Shown piece by piece: positions 29,789 through 43,080 of a stretch of DNA of 64,000 bases. The stretch lies in NCBI GenBank assembly GCA_003344405.1, contig NOWV01000129.1, forward strand, positions 124,001 through 188,000. Direction: 5' to 3'. The notes beneath the pieces were generated by a model. The model made no database searches and had not been told where the DNA came from. It saw nothing but the letters and a program-made list of their open reading frames with translations. The DNA is from Trichoplax sp. H2 (lineage: Eukaryota). Position 1 is the first letter of the stretch, and each line of letters starts with the position of its first letter. The position numbers and the translations under genes are program-made.

Positions 29789-30895
29789 TCATGATTCCGG
29801 TATGGTTATTTTGGTAATGGATACTTGCTGTGCTGATAAACATGTACTTGCACTGGCGCTCTTTTTTATAGGAAGACTTGATCTTGGCGATTGCACAGGG
29901 GTAGAACCCACACGATGTCGACGACGTGGTAAATCTTTTGTAGGTCGATTACAAGACAAGTATCGATGGATAAATAACTTTAGTTTCCGTCGTAAGATAC
30001 CATTAGTAAGTGTATATAATATTGGATTAACTGCCGTATTTAAGAACGTAAGTAAATAAGCCATTCTCTGAGTAGAAGGTGGTAAGAATTGGTTTTGTGT
30101 TGGAGCAGACGATTCCGCGATGGCGAGTACCAATAATGGTACCCAACACAACATATTAGTGCCAACAATTAAAGATGTTGTTCTAATAGATTTTTTCAGA
30201 TTTCGATCTTGAAAGTAACCAGCTACATTTTTACTGTAAGCAACAATAAAAATAACAATGTAACAAGTGATAGTCACGCTAACACCAACGATTAAATAAC
30301 TACTAATAACATAACCATAGACATAATTGGTTGTGTTGACTCCTTTGACATCTAAATTACACAAGACACTAAATCGATACCCATTTAAACCCACAATTTT
30401 GCCTAGTAATGGCATAGTAGCATAGCAAAAAGGAACAAGCCATGCTATAACAATTTGAAAGATGGCTTTGTTGACGGTCATTCTCGAGCGATAAAAGAAC
30501 GGATTAGTGACTGCGATACAGCGATCAATGCTAATAAGAGCAGTGGTAAAAAGTGAAGTACCCATAATCCAAATCAGGAGAAAGCCTTGAAAATTACATA
30601 GTCCTTGTGATAATTGATTATATGCGTAGCACATATTGGTTACAATAATGCTTGGCAAGACTAACAGCGCACTAATTAAATCCGTCACGGCTAAATTGGC
30701 AATAAATAGTGTATCTACATCTTGTTTTAATGATGTCCGACAGACGATGGTTAAGCAGAAAGTGTTACCTAAACCAGACACGATCATAATGATCACAGCT
30801 CCTGGAATAAAGTAATATATAAAAGCACTAGATGGTTGCCATTGATCCAATGTAGTAGCTTCCGTACTGACATTGGTAGTAGTGAGATCAATCAT
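29789..30895 (-). CDS. Intronless class A (rhodopsin-like) GPCR, orphan
   Basis: 368-aa ORF with 7 hydrophobic segments, GN (TM1), NLAVTD (TM2), Cys at the top of TM3, DRC, TM4 Trp, CWVP (TM6), NPILY (TM7) and an N-terminal NVS sequon. Confidence 0.97.
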   Translation of the reverse strand: MIDLTTTNVSTEATTLDQWQPSSAFIYYFIPGAVIIMIVSGLGNTFCLTIVCRTSLKQDVDTLFIANLAVTDLISALLVLPSIIVTNMCYAYNQLSQGLCNFQGFLLIWIMGTSLFTTALISIDRCIAVTNPFFYRSRMTVNKAIFQIVIAWLVPFCYATMPLLGKIVGLNGYRFSVLCNLDVKGVNTTNYVYGYVISSYLIVGVSVTITCYIVIFIVAYSKNVAGYFQDRNLKKSIRTTSLIVGTNMLCWVPLLVLAIAESSAPTQNQFLPPSTQRMAYLLTFLNTAVNPILYTLTNGILRRKLKLFIHRYLSCNRPTKDLPRRRHRVGSTPVQSPRSSLPIKKSASASTCLSAQQVSITKITIPES

Positions 30896-33800
30896 GATGG
30901 AGTTAGAATAAAATGATTCCAGATGAATACCACCCTAGGTGAAGACTACTGAGTCTTACAGTATTTTGACAATACTTGGCAAGGACCAAAAAAATAGTTA
31001 TGATCACGCTGCATAACCAGCGCATAAGGCACAGTAAAGTAATATTTTCTCCGTTATTGTTCTATTCAGTTTACTCTTTTAGCAGTGTTGCCGACTAGAA
31101 AGCAAAAAGAAGAAATTAAACTACTGCTATCATTAGAAATCTCAATGTTATCTGTACTAAACTAACCAACAACATAAATATATAAATATATATATTATAT
31201 GATAGATATAACTGCTACATTCATAGGTAACAACGTGAAAAATTCAAATTCTTCTCCAACTAGAAATCTCGATAGCATCTGCACTAATTCAAGCAATACG
31301 ATGTAAAAAAAAGTGCAAATAGCGCTAAAAATTTAAGAGTTATTACCACAACGAAATTAAAGATAAAAAATAGGAAAAGTGCATACTTAGTTATGGCTCC
31401 TACTTTGCAAATACTGTAAATGACAAGAAGAAATTTCGATATGATCTGTACTCATCTCAGCAATTACATTAAAAAAAAAATGGATCGGATAACGATGGCT
31501 GTTTTACAAAAGTTTCGCACCAAGAAAGCCGGAATTATTGTTGAATCTTGACAAAGTAATTTAAGACTAGAAGAAGATTTCACACTATTGCGTTGAAGTG
31601 CAAATCGAACACTGTTTATATGGCAAAATTTTCAAAATTTAACGTTAGAAAAGTATTACCAATACAACATAGAGATCGCTTTTATTTGTATTATCGCCAA
31701 GGTATGATTATTACCATGATATCATTGGACTTGGAGACCTGTGATGGGGATACTACTAATTTTGTTTTACAGCGGTAGTTATGGTCTTACGATGAAAAAG
31801 CAATTTATAGATGGAGTTACTGTCTTATACTGAGAGTTTGTTTGACTTTATTTACAGATTGATATTATTTCAATTTCCAAATAAGCACCTGTACCATGTC
31901 AACAAGAAAATTTTTTTACTCGTAATTGCTACTCAAAGAATATATTGCTACAATACAAAGCATAGTTGCTTTAAAAGAGTTTAAGTAGCGTAGCGTAATA
32001 AATAAAAAATGATTTCTAAAGATCGTGTTTAAGTAGCGTATGAGTTAAGGTACGCTAAATGCAAGTAAAGGAATAGATCGTATCGAATATCGATGTCAGC
32101 AAAGCTTGCAATTTACTAATTTTGATGTTATGGGTTGTTAATGTTAATTAATCCTAAATAAAAGTGGATACTACTATGGCATATTTTAACGCAACTGGAA
32201 AATGACATTTCCAAAGTCCTAAATGAAAGACTGTCTTGCTGTATGTGTATCTTATGGAATTTGAATTGCTGTTCATCTAGGACAAATCAATGAGTCTTCC
32301 ATTAGATTAGAATTCCGTATAAACTTACTGAATAAATGTATTATTCTATCCCTTCTATAGTAAAGAGTAGCACCCTTGCTTTTCATTTACCCTAGTCGGA
32401 AACCTTATGCACAATTTGCTCACTGTGAACGACATTCTTTGGGCAACGAATATCGGTTTTACTTTGGATCAGCGAATTGATGGAGATAATACTGTATATC
32501 AGTATTATCGGAACAGAAATATCGAATTACTTTCGGTGTTGAATGTCAGATACCAATTTTAATCATGATTTAATATCACATAATATCCCACTCGATGTTG
32601 TCTACGTGAGCGTGAAAACATAAACAAGACTTAATATATTGCCGGCACAAATTCGTAGATATTTAATACCGGTATTGTTCATACTCTTATAAATAACAAA
32701 CATTTATTACTATTGAGTGATGTATATATATTATAAATGAATGAGGATGCTAACCCAATCGATTTCGATGGAACGAAAATCGGGCTTTAGAATCGTATTA
32801 ATTATGTCGGAAATGGAGAGGTACCGGTATAGAAAGGTCAACTACGGTGGAATAAATCGGTCAAGCCCTTGTATATTGTATTGTATTGTATCAATTTGCA
32901 TGATAGAACAAGCTTAAAAACTAGCTATAAACACTTGAAAACTGTTGGACGTGATGGTAAATAGGCTATTTAAAATAGCCATTTCATATCATACAAAAAA
33001 AATTGTAAAGGTAAAGAGTCAACATTATAAATGGTCAATAAATTAAATAAGTCAAGTTGATTGTATCCAAAATGTATTATTTCAAATTAGACGTTCTCTT
33101 CACGATACTATAAGGAAACAAGAATCAATAATTAATTAAAGAGCATTACAATGGCCAGACTAAATTTATCTTCGTAGTTCTTTTAGTAAATTGAAAGAAG
33201 ATATAAAACCATCAACTATTCCCTACGGTGATCGCTACGGTACCATTTAGGTGTACTAAAATGATAGTGTTATATTTTATTAAACAGATCATTAAGAGAA
33301 GAAAAATACAGCTACATGATGCAACCTCTATCGTTTGGGGTGAAATTAAACTGTTTATTATTTGTGTTGGTTTTGCTTACTATTTGACCTAGATGAATAT
33401 CTAGTACTGCCAGTTCAAGATGAATTGCCTTCTTTTTATAGATTGAGTTGTCTATAATACACTGGTATGGTTATTTTAATTTTAGAGATAGAGCTAAGAT
33501 TCTAAATGCTATTCTGATGTTGAGTATTCGATTGGTAAAACTATCATGCCTATAAAAGAAAAGCATGTAAATGAATGCTATCGACTTTATCTTTTTAAGG
33601 AAAATCGATTGCAATATTTGAATTTTATGTTGCTCAGTGAGAAAATGCGATAGCAGCAGATATAGATACGCGTATTGCTATTAATTATTTTTAATAAAGT
33701 CAGTAAATTGCAATAGTCCAGCTTCTGTTGCTATGCGGATATTTTAAAAGTCTTAATTAAATCAACATCATTTTATAACATAGAATAGATTATTTCTTGG

Positions 33801-36800
33801 CTGTTGGCTCTAGATTTGTTGCTATGATCTACTAACTGATTTCATTAATGCAATTCTAATAAATTAGATTACAATAGAGTTTACGGCTGATCTAGACGAC
33901 AAATTAATAAAGTGTAACTTCAGCCATATTATTAAGTAATACAGGATCTGATAATGACGGCAATGATTCTTTCAATAAATTATTCCTGAGCGAACAACAT
34001 AGTAAATGCCTTACAAGTTTATAGGATGAAGAAATAAATTTATTAGGCAATTATTCTACTAAATCTAGAGGTACGATCTTTTTTTACTGTTTTGGTAGTA
34101 AAATAAAGTTACTCTACCGTTACAAATTCGAAATTTAGCTGCTAAATAAAAATGAAAACAGGAATTTTCTTAAATTGGTATGCTAGTGCTAATTAATTCG
34201 AGCAATTGTTGCACTGGTAAGGGAATAGTTAGATTTTACAATAATGATTATATTGTCTTTAAACTGGTGTATGCTAACAAATTAAAGAGCCTAAAAAGAG
34301 ATTCTCAAATATTATGGAATAGTCTAAAAGTTGAAAATGGAATCAATTTTACCTGGAAGATACTTTTGATTCAGTAACTTGCGAACCCAAAGGCTAGCTT
34401 GAGAGGAATTACTGATGCGTTCTGCTAAGCTTAATAGATAAATGGTTATCGCTTCAGTTGATAGGCAGGTTATGATAAACTAGGCAATGATAAACAGTAG
34501 TTGAATAAATAGAATTAAAGATTGCGATTAATTCAGAATTTAAATAATATCTTGGTATGATGGTAAGAATACTCACAACGGATCAAAGCTCATAAGTGAC
34601 GAATTAAATATTAGTGATCAATTTATATCTGATTCTGGCGATAATTTATTTGGTTACATTAAGTACAGCTTGTCTAACCTATGCTAAATATAGTGTGATC
34701 GGATCGTCGGGATTATAATTATCGAAAGATCATCAATGCACAAAATGGGGTTATTATAAATTTATGTTGACAATACAAGGATTAATAATCCAATTAAACA
34801 TTTGTTATTCATAGCGGAGGTTAATGGATTACATCTGCTTTCACGTATTATTTCAAATGGAAAGAAGCAAATAGCTATTCGCCGATACTTTGCTTGAGCT
34901 ACAATAGCAACTGGTGAAATTGTTTCTATGCAATACAATAGATACTTAACGGCCCATTTTAGTTGATCAATAAATATTAGCTATATGATATTAATAATTA
35001 TTCTTTTTGATCAATAACTCTTAATTGAATATCTCTACATTAAACGTCCTGTAAAAATTGCCTGTGCATGAATAAGCACGATAGAATTTTTAACCTTTTT
35101 AATTCAACTAGGCCAACTCCATATTGAAATAATTACAGGTTAGTATTATCATTTATCAATATGGCAAGGTACCGGTATTATTACTGTTAAAATTTCGTAG
35201 ACATAACAGGCATATACTCTAACAAGTAAATACATAGTGTAAAAACTTATCAGTATTCATTTAAGGTCTTGATCTTTGTACAACAATTTTCTTTACTTAT
35301 AGCTAAGACAAATGATCGATGATCATCTAAGTGAAGGCCTATAAATGTATTGAGTGAGCGACCATCTGTCACTTATATTGAATTTGAAAACTTGGGGTAG
35401 AAAAATTAAAAGGCAATACTTAACCATTGAAGTGAATAAATTTGTTACCTGGCTGGCAAGCAGTCATTCGATGTGACTTTCTACTGGTTTAGCGGCGCAT
35501 TTGTTTTAAATTTCTTATCTGCTAAAATCCGCAAGAATAATATAGCCCAAAGATGATCAAGTTGCTTATAAATAATGCTATATTCTACTTCAGCCCCTCA
35601 ACAATTACTAAAGACCTGTAAGCATGCCTTTAATCAGCCAATTATTCGTGTTACCATATAATAAAGTCAATTTTCGCTTATTGTTTTATTTCTTTGATGC
35701 ACGTGAAATTTTATTTAGTTGATTTGCCGTCTAAATTTATCCCGGGCGAGGCGCTTTTCAATGGCGATTACCATTGCTACATTGTTATTAATTTACGGAA
35801 CAAAAATACTGACCAAACCCTGACTCAGTTATGCAATTATTACTAAACCCATGAACTGAATAGAATGTTTAGGATTAATATTACCTGAGCAAATAATTTA
35901 TTAATTTTAATGACCATTTCATGAATAATTTTTTCGTTATAATTTCAGTTAAAATTCTATACACTAAATAATTTTAAGAGCTTTTATAAAGTTTGATTGT
36001 TTTAATGAGTACCTATAGATTGAATTTAATACGATTATCCCTTTTATTAGAGATCTATAGCATTAGCACATTGCAATTCATTATAAACATGTTTAAACAC
36101 CTATTTGGCGACAATCGCTTCAACACAGAATGAGACGTTTATCCGACATCATAACTACAGTAACCTACAAGTACCAATATATCAATTAGTCTTAAATTAC
36201 AAAGTTAGTTTCGACTTCCTATGGTAAGATAGTAGTTCTCCTATTTTAGAACTGATCTTATTTTACTAAATTTTGGCACATGATATTGTTGATTTTTACT
36301 TTAAATTATTTAGTGCCGAGATATGAATAGTGCTGTAATTGTCGTCGGTCTCATTATCATCAGTTCTCAATGAGGTGTGACGCCAAGATGTAATTACTGC
36401 CGAGAAAATTCTCTTATATAACATTGCAACATACTACCAGTCTATCTAGTAACTAAATTATCATTCTGTATATCTTCGTAGTCTATCAATTGTGCTGTAA
36501 TTTACGCCGGAACCACCGTTGTTAAAACTGTAGGTAGACCTAATTAAGAGGGTGTCGGCAAATTTAGACATACAGGCAATTACCGTGTTATCCGATAGAC
36601 TTGACTGTCGTGTTTACTTCTAAATACGGTATAGTCTATTTTCAGTAAAAGTATTAGTTTTCACTAGACTGTAGCATAACTCTAAGACTGTAACATAACT
36701 CTAAATATGTATGATCTATATTTAACAATTTATTCTGTGGAAATATCTTGTACTCTAGCTAAATTCTACCGTAGCACTAGCTTAACATACAAGTAACTTA

Positions 36801-37092
36801 TTTTCATGAATCATTCGCGCCTATAAATAATTTTCCTCCTGCTGTGCTCCTAACTTTATAAAAGCTATCTTCTTTCGTCTATCTCGTTAGTTAGTTCTGG
36901 TAGTTACACGGTAAGCTTGCATGCTTCGCCTATTCTACACTACTATAATTATTCGACTAGTCACGTCGTTACTTACACGATAATCTTAGACGATTATTCT
37001 CTTATACTAGCTCAATAAAGATTACTCTTCCGTGAACTATTTTATTGCACTTTATTGCGACTGATGCTGAACTCTCAACCTCCCGAAACATC

Positions 37093-38128
37093 TGTAAGAC
37101 AGTGTAATATTGTATTCTCAGTTGATGATATATTTAGTAATGTCTACCGTAGGTGTTGTATTCAACATGTGATAGATATTCTAGTTAGAAGCTTAAGTAT
37201 TAAATATAGCTAGCTTAGTAGCTGTAATCCTTTTGAAGAGGAGCGCTACAGTGCTCACACTAGAGCTTCACATGAAAGGTGTAAACTAGCCTGTATTTGA
37301 GATGCTAATACTGAAGTGTAAGTAAGGCGGAAAGGTATATAAGCGAGTAGTTTAGTAAAGTAAGATAGTTCTTTCTCGTTAGAGGTCCTCAGCTAATCGA
37401 TTACGTTGTATCTTCGTAAAGGAGGTTTTGTTTAATAAACCTTAATTTTCTAAAGTTTTGAAGATTCTTGATCTATCAACCTCACAACATCACATAAGCG
37501 ACCAAAGATGTCAACCATGGTGGCTATTTTGCCAGAATAATATTAATCTAATAGTGTTCTCTTTAGCAATATAGTGTGGGAATCTATTACCTAAACCGCT
37601 TCTATCGGTCTAATCGAAGACGACGTAGATAAACTTATAGATAAGCTGCAAATCAGAGCTTGCTACTCGTAATTACTGGTTTCTGAATGAATTTTATGTC
37701 ATCTTTATATTAAAATAAGAGTGTGAGGTTGATTTCAAGAATCTTCAAGACTTTAGAAAATTAAGATTTATTGAACAAAACCTCGTTTACAAAGATACAA
37801 CGTAATCGATCAGCTGAGGACCTCTAACGAGAAAGAACTATTTTACTGTTCTAAACTACTCGCTTATACACATTTCTGCGCTAACAATCTTAGCACCTTA
37901 CTTACTACACACTTCAGTATTAGCATCTCCAATACAGGATAGTTTACACCTTTCACGTGAAGCTCTAGTGTGAGCACTGTAGCACTCCTCTTCATAAGGA
38001 TACAGTTACTAAGCTAGCTATATTTAATAATAAGCCTCTAACAGAATATCTATCGCACGTTGAATACAATAACTACAGTATTACTAAATATACCATCAAC
38101 TTAGAATACAGTATTACACTGTCTTACA
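37093..38128. repeat. Long imperfect inverted repeat: arms ~37093-37486 and ~37722-38128, spacer ~235 bp
   Basis: For example CTACAGTGCTCACACTAGAGCTTCAC pairs with GTGAAGCTCTAGTGTGAGCACTGTAG, and TAGTTCTTTCTCGTTAGAGGTCCTCAGCT pairs with AGCTGAGGACCTCTAACGAGAAAGAACTA. Complementarity is colinear along ~400 bp. Confidence 0.97.
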
Positions 38129-39401
38129 AAGAGTTAAAGATCATTCCATGATCATGAAACAAAATCATCAGTGATTGTAGATTAAAGATAAAGAAGTTGG
38201 CATTCACTTTTAATGTTTTTTTCCCCTCTATTCACATAGCTATATATAGCGCTTTGCTGTAATTAACAGTAAGGTAAAATCTAGCAGATGAAGTTAACTT
38301 TATTACAGCAATGCTTATCAGTACTAGTATTGAATGCTAGTTGATAAACTTCTTTATGGTGATCCATGACAGGGTCAATTATTGGAAGTTCAGCGATGAC
38401 TAGGTACTGTAGACTCGCGATGTAGATATTATGTAAGTTTCCTTCTCGACAGATATGCATATAAAGTGGTGTTGGACTCCTCTTTATGTTAGCAACCACA
38501 TAGCAAATGATTGTGTTGGTATTTAGCTGGTGCTTGTTTAAATGAAATATTGTACATTCCTCGATTGGATTTTCAATGCTTACGAACTAGAAAATCCGAT
38601 TTGGATAACGTCCCTTCAAACAGAGCTTTAGTGGATCTAATATCACTCTTTTCATTCCATTTTATAGCTCTAACATCGATTATTACACTAATTTCATACA
38701 GTTTACTCGCCCTTAGTACCAATTTAAAAACTGCAATGCATCTTTATCTTAAGAAATTTTCATAATATCTTTGGTAAAGTAATGTATTAGCTAACTCTAA
38801 GTTCTAACCTTGACAAAAGTTAATTTCTATCTCCAAATCGACACATTAGTGCGAATATCATGGATTAACTGATAATTTCATACTGGGCACAACGTACATT
38901 AGATAAAAATTAGCAAATAAGACGGTTAAGCATGCTATCATTATCTCTACGATATTATTGCCATGGTATATTAGAAATTATACGGCATAGAGCATTCTAG
39001 TTTATTGCGATACGTCGCATTCAGTAATGTATGCAGATATACGATATTATCAAAGATCAAGATTCATTTCAATTTAATTATTTTATTTACATAACTTTCA
39101 TGATGATTAATTATATACGATAACGATTACTATGTTAGATTGCAACGAATTAGGTAACCATTCCCATATTCAATGGCATCGGTATGGCTAATGGGTCGAA
39201 CATTACTTACTTTTACTTGGCTAATTTAAATTATTCGATTTGTAATGAAAACAGCTAAAGCAATATTGTATGCCGTACGATTACTTACGTCAAATAATGT
39301 TTATTACCCGCTCGAAGGATTCGGTTAGTACTGATATACGTGTTTGTATTCCGGATATTTTTGTTTATCTTATAGTAATATGCATATTATCTTCTATGTA
39401 T

Positions 39402-39586
39402 TAGTATCCTTAAAAGTCAACCCGAAACCCGGTTTGAGCCCGACTTGAGGGCGGGATTCGGATTAAGAATTTGTGTGATGATACCGTGTTTGTATAGCGA
39501 TTGCACTTATTTCGGGTTAGAAAATCAACAATTTAATCGGGTTTTATCGGATTCGGGTTGCGTTTTCACTCCATTGAAAGACTCTA
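39402..39586. mobile_element. Non-autonomous hAT-like MITE (185 bp) with 8-bp target-site duplication
   Basis: CTATGTAT flanks both sides (39394-39401 and 39587-39594). Degenerate TAG-starting TIRs (TAGTATCCTTAA vs reverse complement TAGAGTCTTTCA). Inverted subterminal AACCCGA/TCGGGTT motifs. Confidence 0.75.
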
Positions 39587-42500
39587 CTATGTATCATTGA
39601 GAACAGAGTTTTCGGTTCGAACAGTTGGTTTTAAAGAGATTATCATTAATTATTATGAGACAGTCTGTTCTTTTTCTTAATTTTCCAGCTACATACAATT
39701 CATGAATCCATACATTACTAAAGTTATGGTATTGCTTTAAAATTTCAGAGTACAATAATATCATTTTACGCGGATTATCATAAAAACGATGGTGTGCTTG
39801 TTTGTAAATTAGCAGTCTGAGCGTAAAAATTTAAATTAGTTCTTGAAAATAGTTTATGTACAACTTTAACTTTCCCTAATAAAATGGGTTATAAGACGTA
39901 AGTCTTTCTGGTAAATTGAAAGATTTTGGTAGCAATGTCGCTGCATTGCAATTTCGTATCGTAAATTTCGGAAGAACGTTTCGCTGTCGATATGACAGGT
40001 TGTACGTTATTTGACCGCCCTTACTCAAACGGATTAGCCTGTTTACTTATATAGTATAAATATTATCAAAATCATTAGCGTATATTATTTCCTTGCACTA
40101 TCGTGGCCGATAGTCGTACTTGTCGCCATTGGTACGTAAACAATTGGCGTGCCTTGCCATGAATTTACGCAATAGACCTCCTAGTAGCTACCGGCAACAT
40201 CATCGCCTATTTTATTTATAATGCAGTGGGTGGTGGGGCTGTCGATTTTATTTTTTGATTTGATATTTATTTAGATTATAATTTTGTCCCGTGTGGATTA
40301 TTATAGAATCTTTAATAATAAACAAATGGACGCCTCACGGGCTGCTGTAGTAGATTATAATTGATCGAGTATTTTCGGAATAATTTTCTTAAGTTCTTTT
40401 GCATGAACGATCACATAAATTTGCATCATGTTTTGTATGTCTCAGTAAGAATTACAATTATTTATTCGTACATTTGTTGGTAAATACGGAACTCCTTAAA
40501 CTATGTGTTTAATTTTTTGCCTATGCCAACACCCATAATAAAGTATTTGATGATGGGCTGTCCGTTGCATCATTATGTAAACGTGGCTAGAAATGAATAG
40601 AATCAAAGTTATAATTTAAACACTTCAATGATGTAATAATTGGTAATGGAAGTTCAATCTATAGAGAAATTGAACTCTATCTAAGCCTACGGAATTTCCG
40701 ATACTTTAGTAATACCTTGATATCAAAAATGAACTACCTACTGTACAGCTTATTACAATTTAGCAGATCTATTAACGCCATATAAAAGTGGAGGATGATT
40801 TATAACATGCCTTACTGTCAATAGCTCATGCTATTGGCCATGTATTCCGACCAAAGTCACCGAACATGTACTACTATTAGATTACAGCAGGTGGTATAGC
40901 TGCTTCATTATCCTTGCGTTAATGTTAATCGCAGTGTTTCTACTACACACTATCTTTTTAGACGGGTTTTCATTTCTATCCTGATGATATCGGTAGAAAC
41001 GGTTTGGTTACACCAGGCAATAGCAGATTAAAAATTAAAACTTGAGTTAGATTAAAGCTACATCAGTAGCTATTATGAAAGAGCTGTTGCATGGAATTGC
41101 CCATTTTATTTCTAACTGGAATGATCAGCAGTCAAATATCTTTGGTGTTGTATTATCCGTAGAAATGGCACAGTGCAATCAAAAAGGATGTCATTTAAAT
41201 GTTGCAATGATTAGGTTTACATATTGTTACAGATTTATACTATACTACAGTCTTATATTCAATCTTTTACTCAAATGCTGATATTTGCGCTGTTTAAAAT
41301 ACTCAGTAGCCATATCGAGAATATAAACAAGGATGCTTCCATTCATGGTCCTCTGAGATTATATGGTCATCTTTTGATTGTAGGAATTATTTTTACTCCT
41401 GTTAAATAGATGATTACGGTACTCTATTACCTAGTTGATGAAATTGTAATGCTCAGGCAGAAATAATTTATTTACTTGATCTAATTTTATAATGTAACAG
41501 AGCGCCAAACGTGCTCCACTGCAAGTACAAAAGTCGGTACCGTAGTTTAGATATGCCTTAAAATGGTTATCAATGATCAATTTCAACAGGTGCAAACATG
41601 AACACATTCTATGTGCCTCGTCCTACTTTTGCCACTAAGTAGGAAAGAGGGCATTAATAATGATTGAATGGGTAATTTTTTTGGTGGTAAGATCAACAAT
41701 CTGTTCGTGAAGTTTAGTGGAATATTGATATTTTATTCAAGAGACAGTTGTGTGAACAATTTCCGATACTTTGGTAAACAACAGGCGGAGTAGCTGATGT
41801 AGCAAAATGGAATCTAAACTCGTTAATCTGAAATTGGTATAGTGCGGTACTTGTTGTAGCTGATTAATATTCTGAGTCTTAAAGCACCGAATGGACGGCC
41901 TTCTAATTTTTAGATTGTTTTCGTATTGAAGCTTTGCCTGGATTCGTTATAATCGTTTCAAACGACTTAACTTGAGTTGATATACATGCACTTGCCCATG
42001 ACAATATTGAATTAGCTACGCATGTATACGTAAATAAGAAATGATCACCGTATGAATGAAGAGGTTAAATATTGAAAATTCCAGTACTGTTTAGTATAGT
42101 ATTGGAAATTAATTTCCTTGACAGTTGGTATTGAACCCGTTAAAACGAGCTAAGAGGAGAGTGTAATATCGTGGAGAATTTCCAGATCAGATGTGTCAAA
42201 ATTGGAATCTCAATGACACAAAAAATCAACTCTATTCATCGTAGGAAAGAAATAGGGCAACGGTTGTCAGTCTCTCCATTGCTTATACTGCAGGGGTCCG
42301 CTGGTTATCCTGGCTCTTTTTTATAATTAGAATTTAGAATTTTGTGTTTACTGTTAGTCATTCCTGTTGAAAGCCTTCCCATTTCCTAAATAAATATCCC
42401 GCCTTAAACCCGAACGATTTGTTCTTGTAGTATTTTATAGTTAGCAGTCAACCAATCTAAAGGCTGAGCGACAGTAGAAATTACAATACAGTATACGGCT

Positions 42501-42674
42501 CGAACATGTACAATGTGATTCGTTTTCTTTAATATGATTGAATAGTAAACATTATAAGTAAAGCGCTTCAAAAAGACCAATCGTCATGAATCGTTCTATC
42601 CAGATACATATTAAAACCAAGCATTTGCGATGAATTTTGTACAAATTGATGCAAAAATTTTAATATCGAATGTA

Positions 42675-43080
42675 TCATGCCGAAAGTAGATCCCTTGCTA
42701 ATAGTGTTCTGCATCGTACTGAGAAATCACTCAAATGAATGGACTTTTCCATTTTTAATAAAATTGTTTTGTCCGGGATCAAGCATCCATTTCATGCCCG
42801 TAGTAGATCCCTTGCTAATGGTGTTCTACATCGCACTGAGAAGTCACTCAAATGAATGGACTTCTCTATTCTTAATAAGATTGTTTTGTCCAAGGATCAA
42901 GCATCCATTTCATGCTGAAAGTAGATCCCTTGCTAATAGTGTTCTACATTGTACTGAGAAGTTACTCAAACGAATGGACTTCTCTATTCTTAATAAGATT
43001 GTTTTATCAAGGGATCAAGCATCCATTTCATGCTGAAAGTAGATTCCTTGCTAGTAGTATTCTGCATCGTAGTGAGAAGT
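42675..43080. repeat. ~118-bp tandem repeat, ~3.5 copies (remnant at ~43255-43300)
   Basis: TCATGC.GAAAGTAGATCCCTTGCTAAT at ~42675, 42792, 42910 and 43028; GGATCAAGCATCCATTTCATG at the unit ends. Confidence 0.95.

Noticed and set aside
29802-30059. Plus-strand 85-aa ORF
   Set aside because: Antisense shadow of the GPCR coding sequence.
42677-43036. 119-aa ORF
   Set aside because: Lies entirely in the 118-bp tandem repeat and changes frame relative to the unit.
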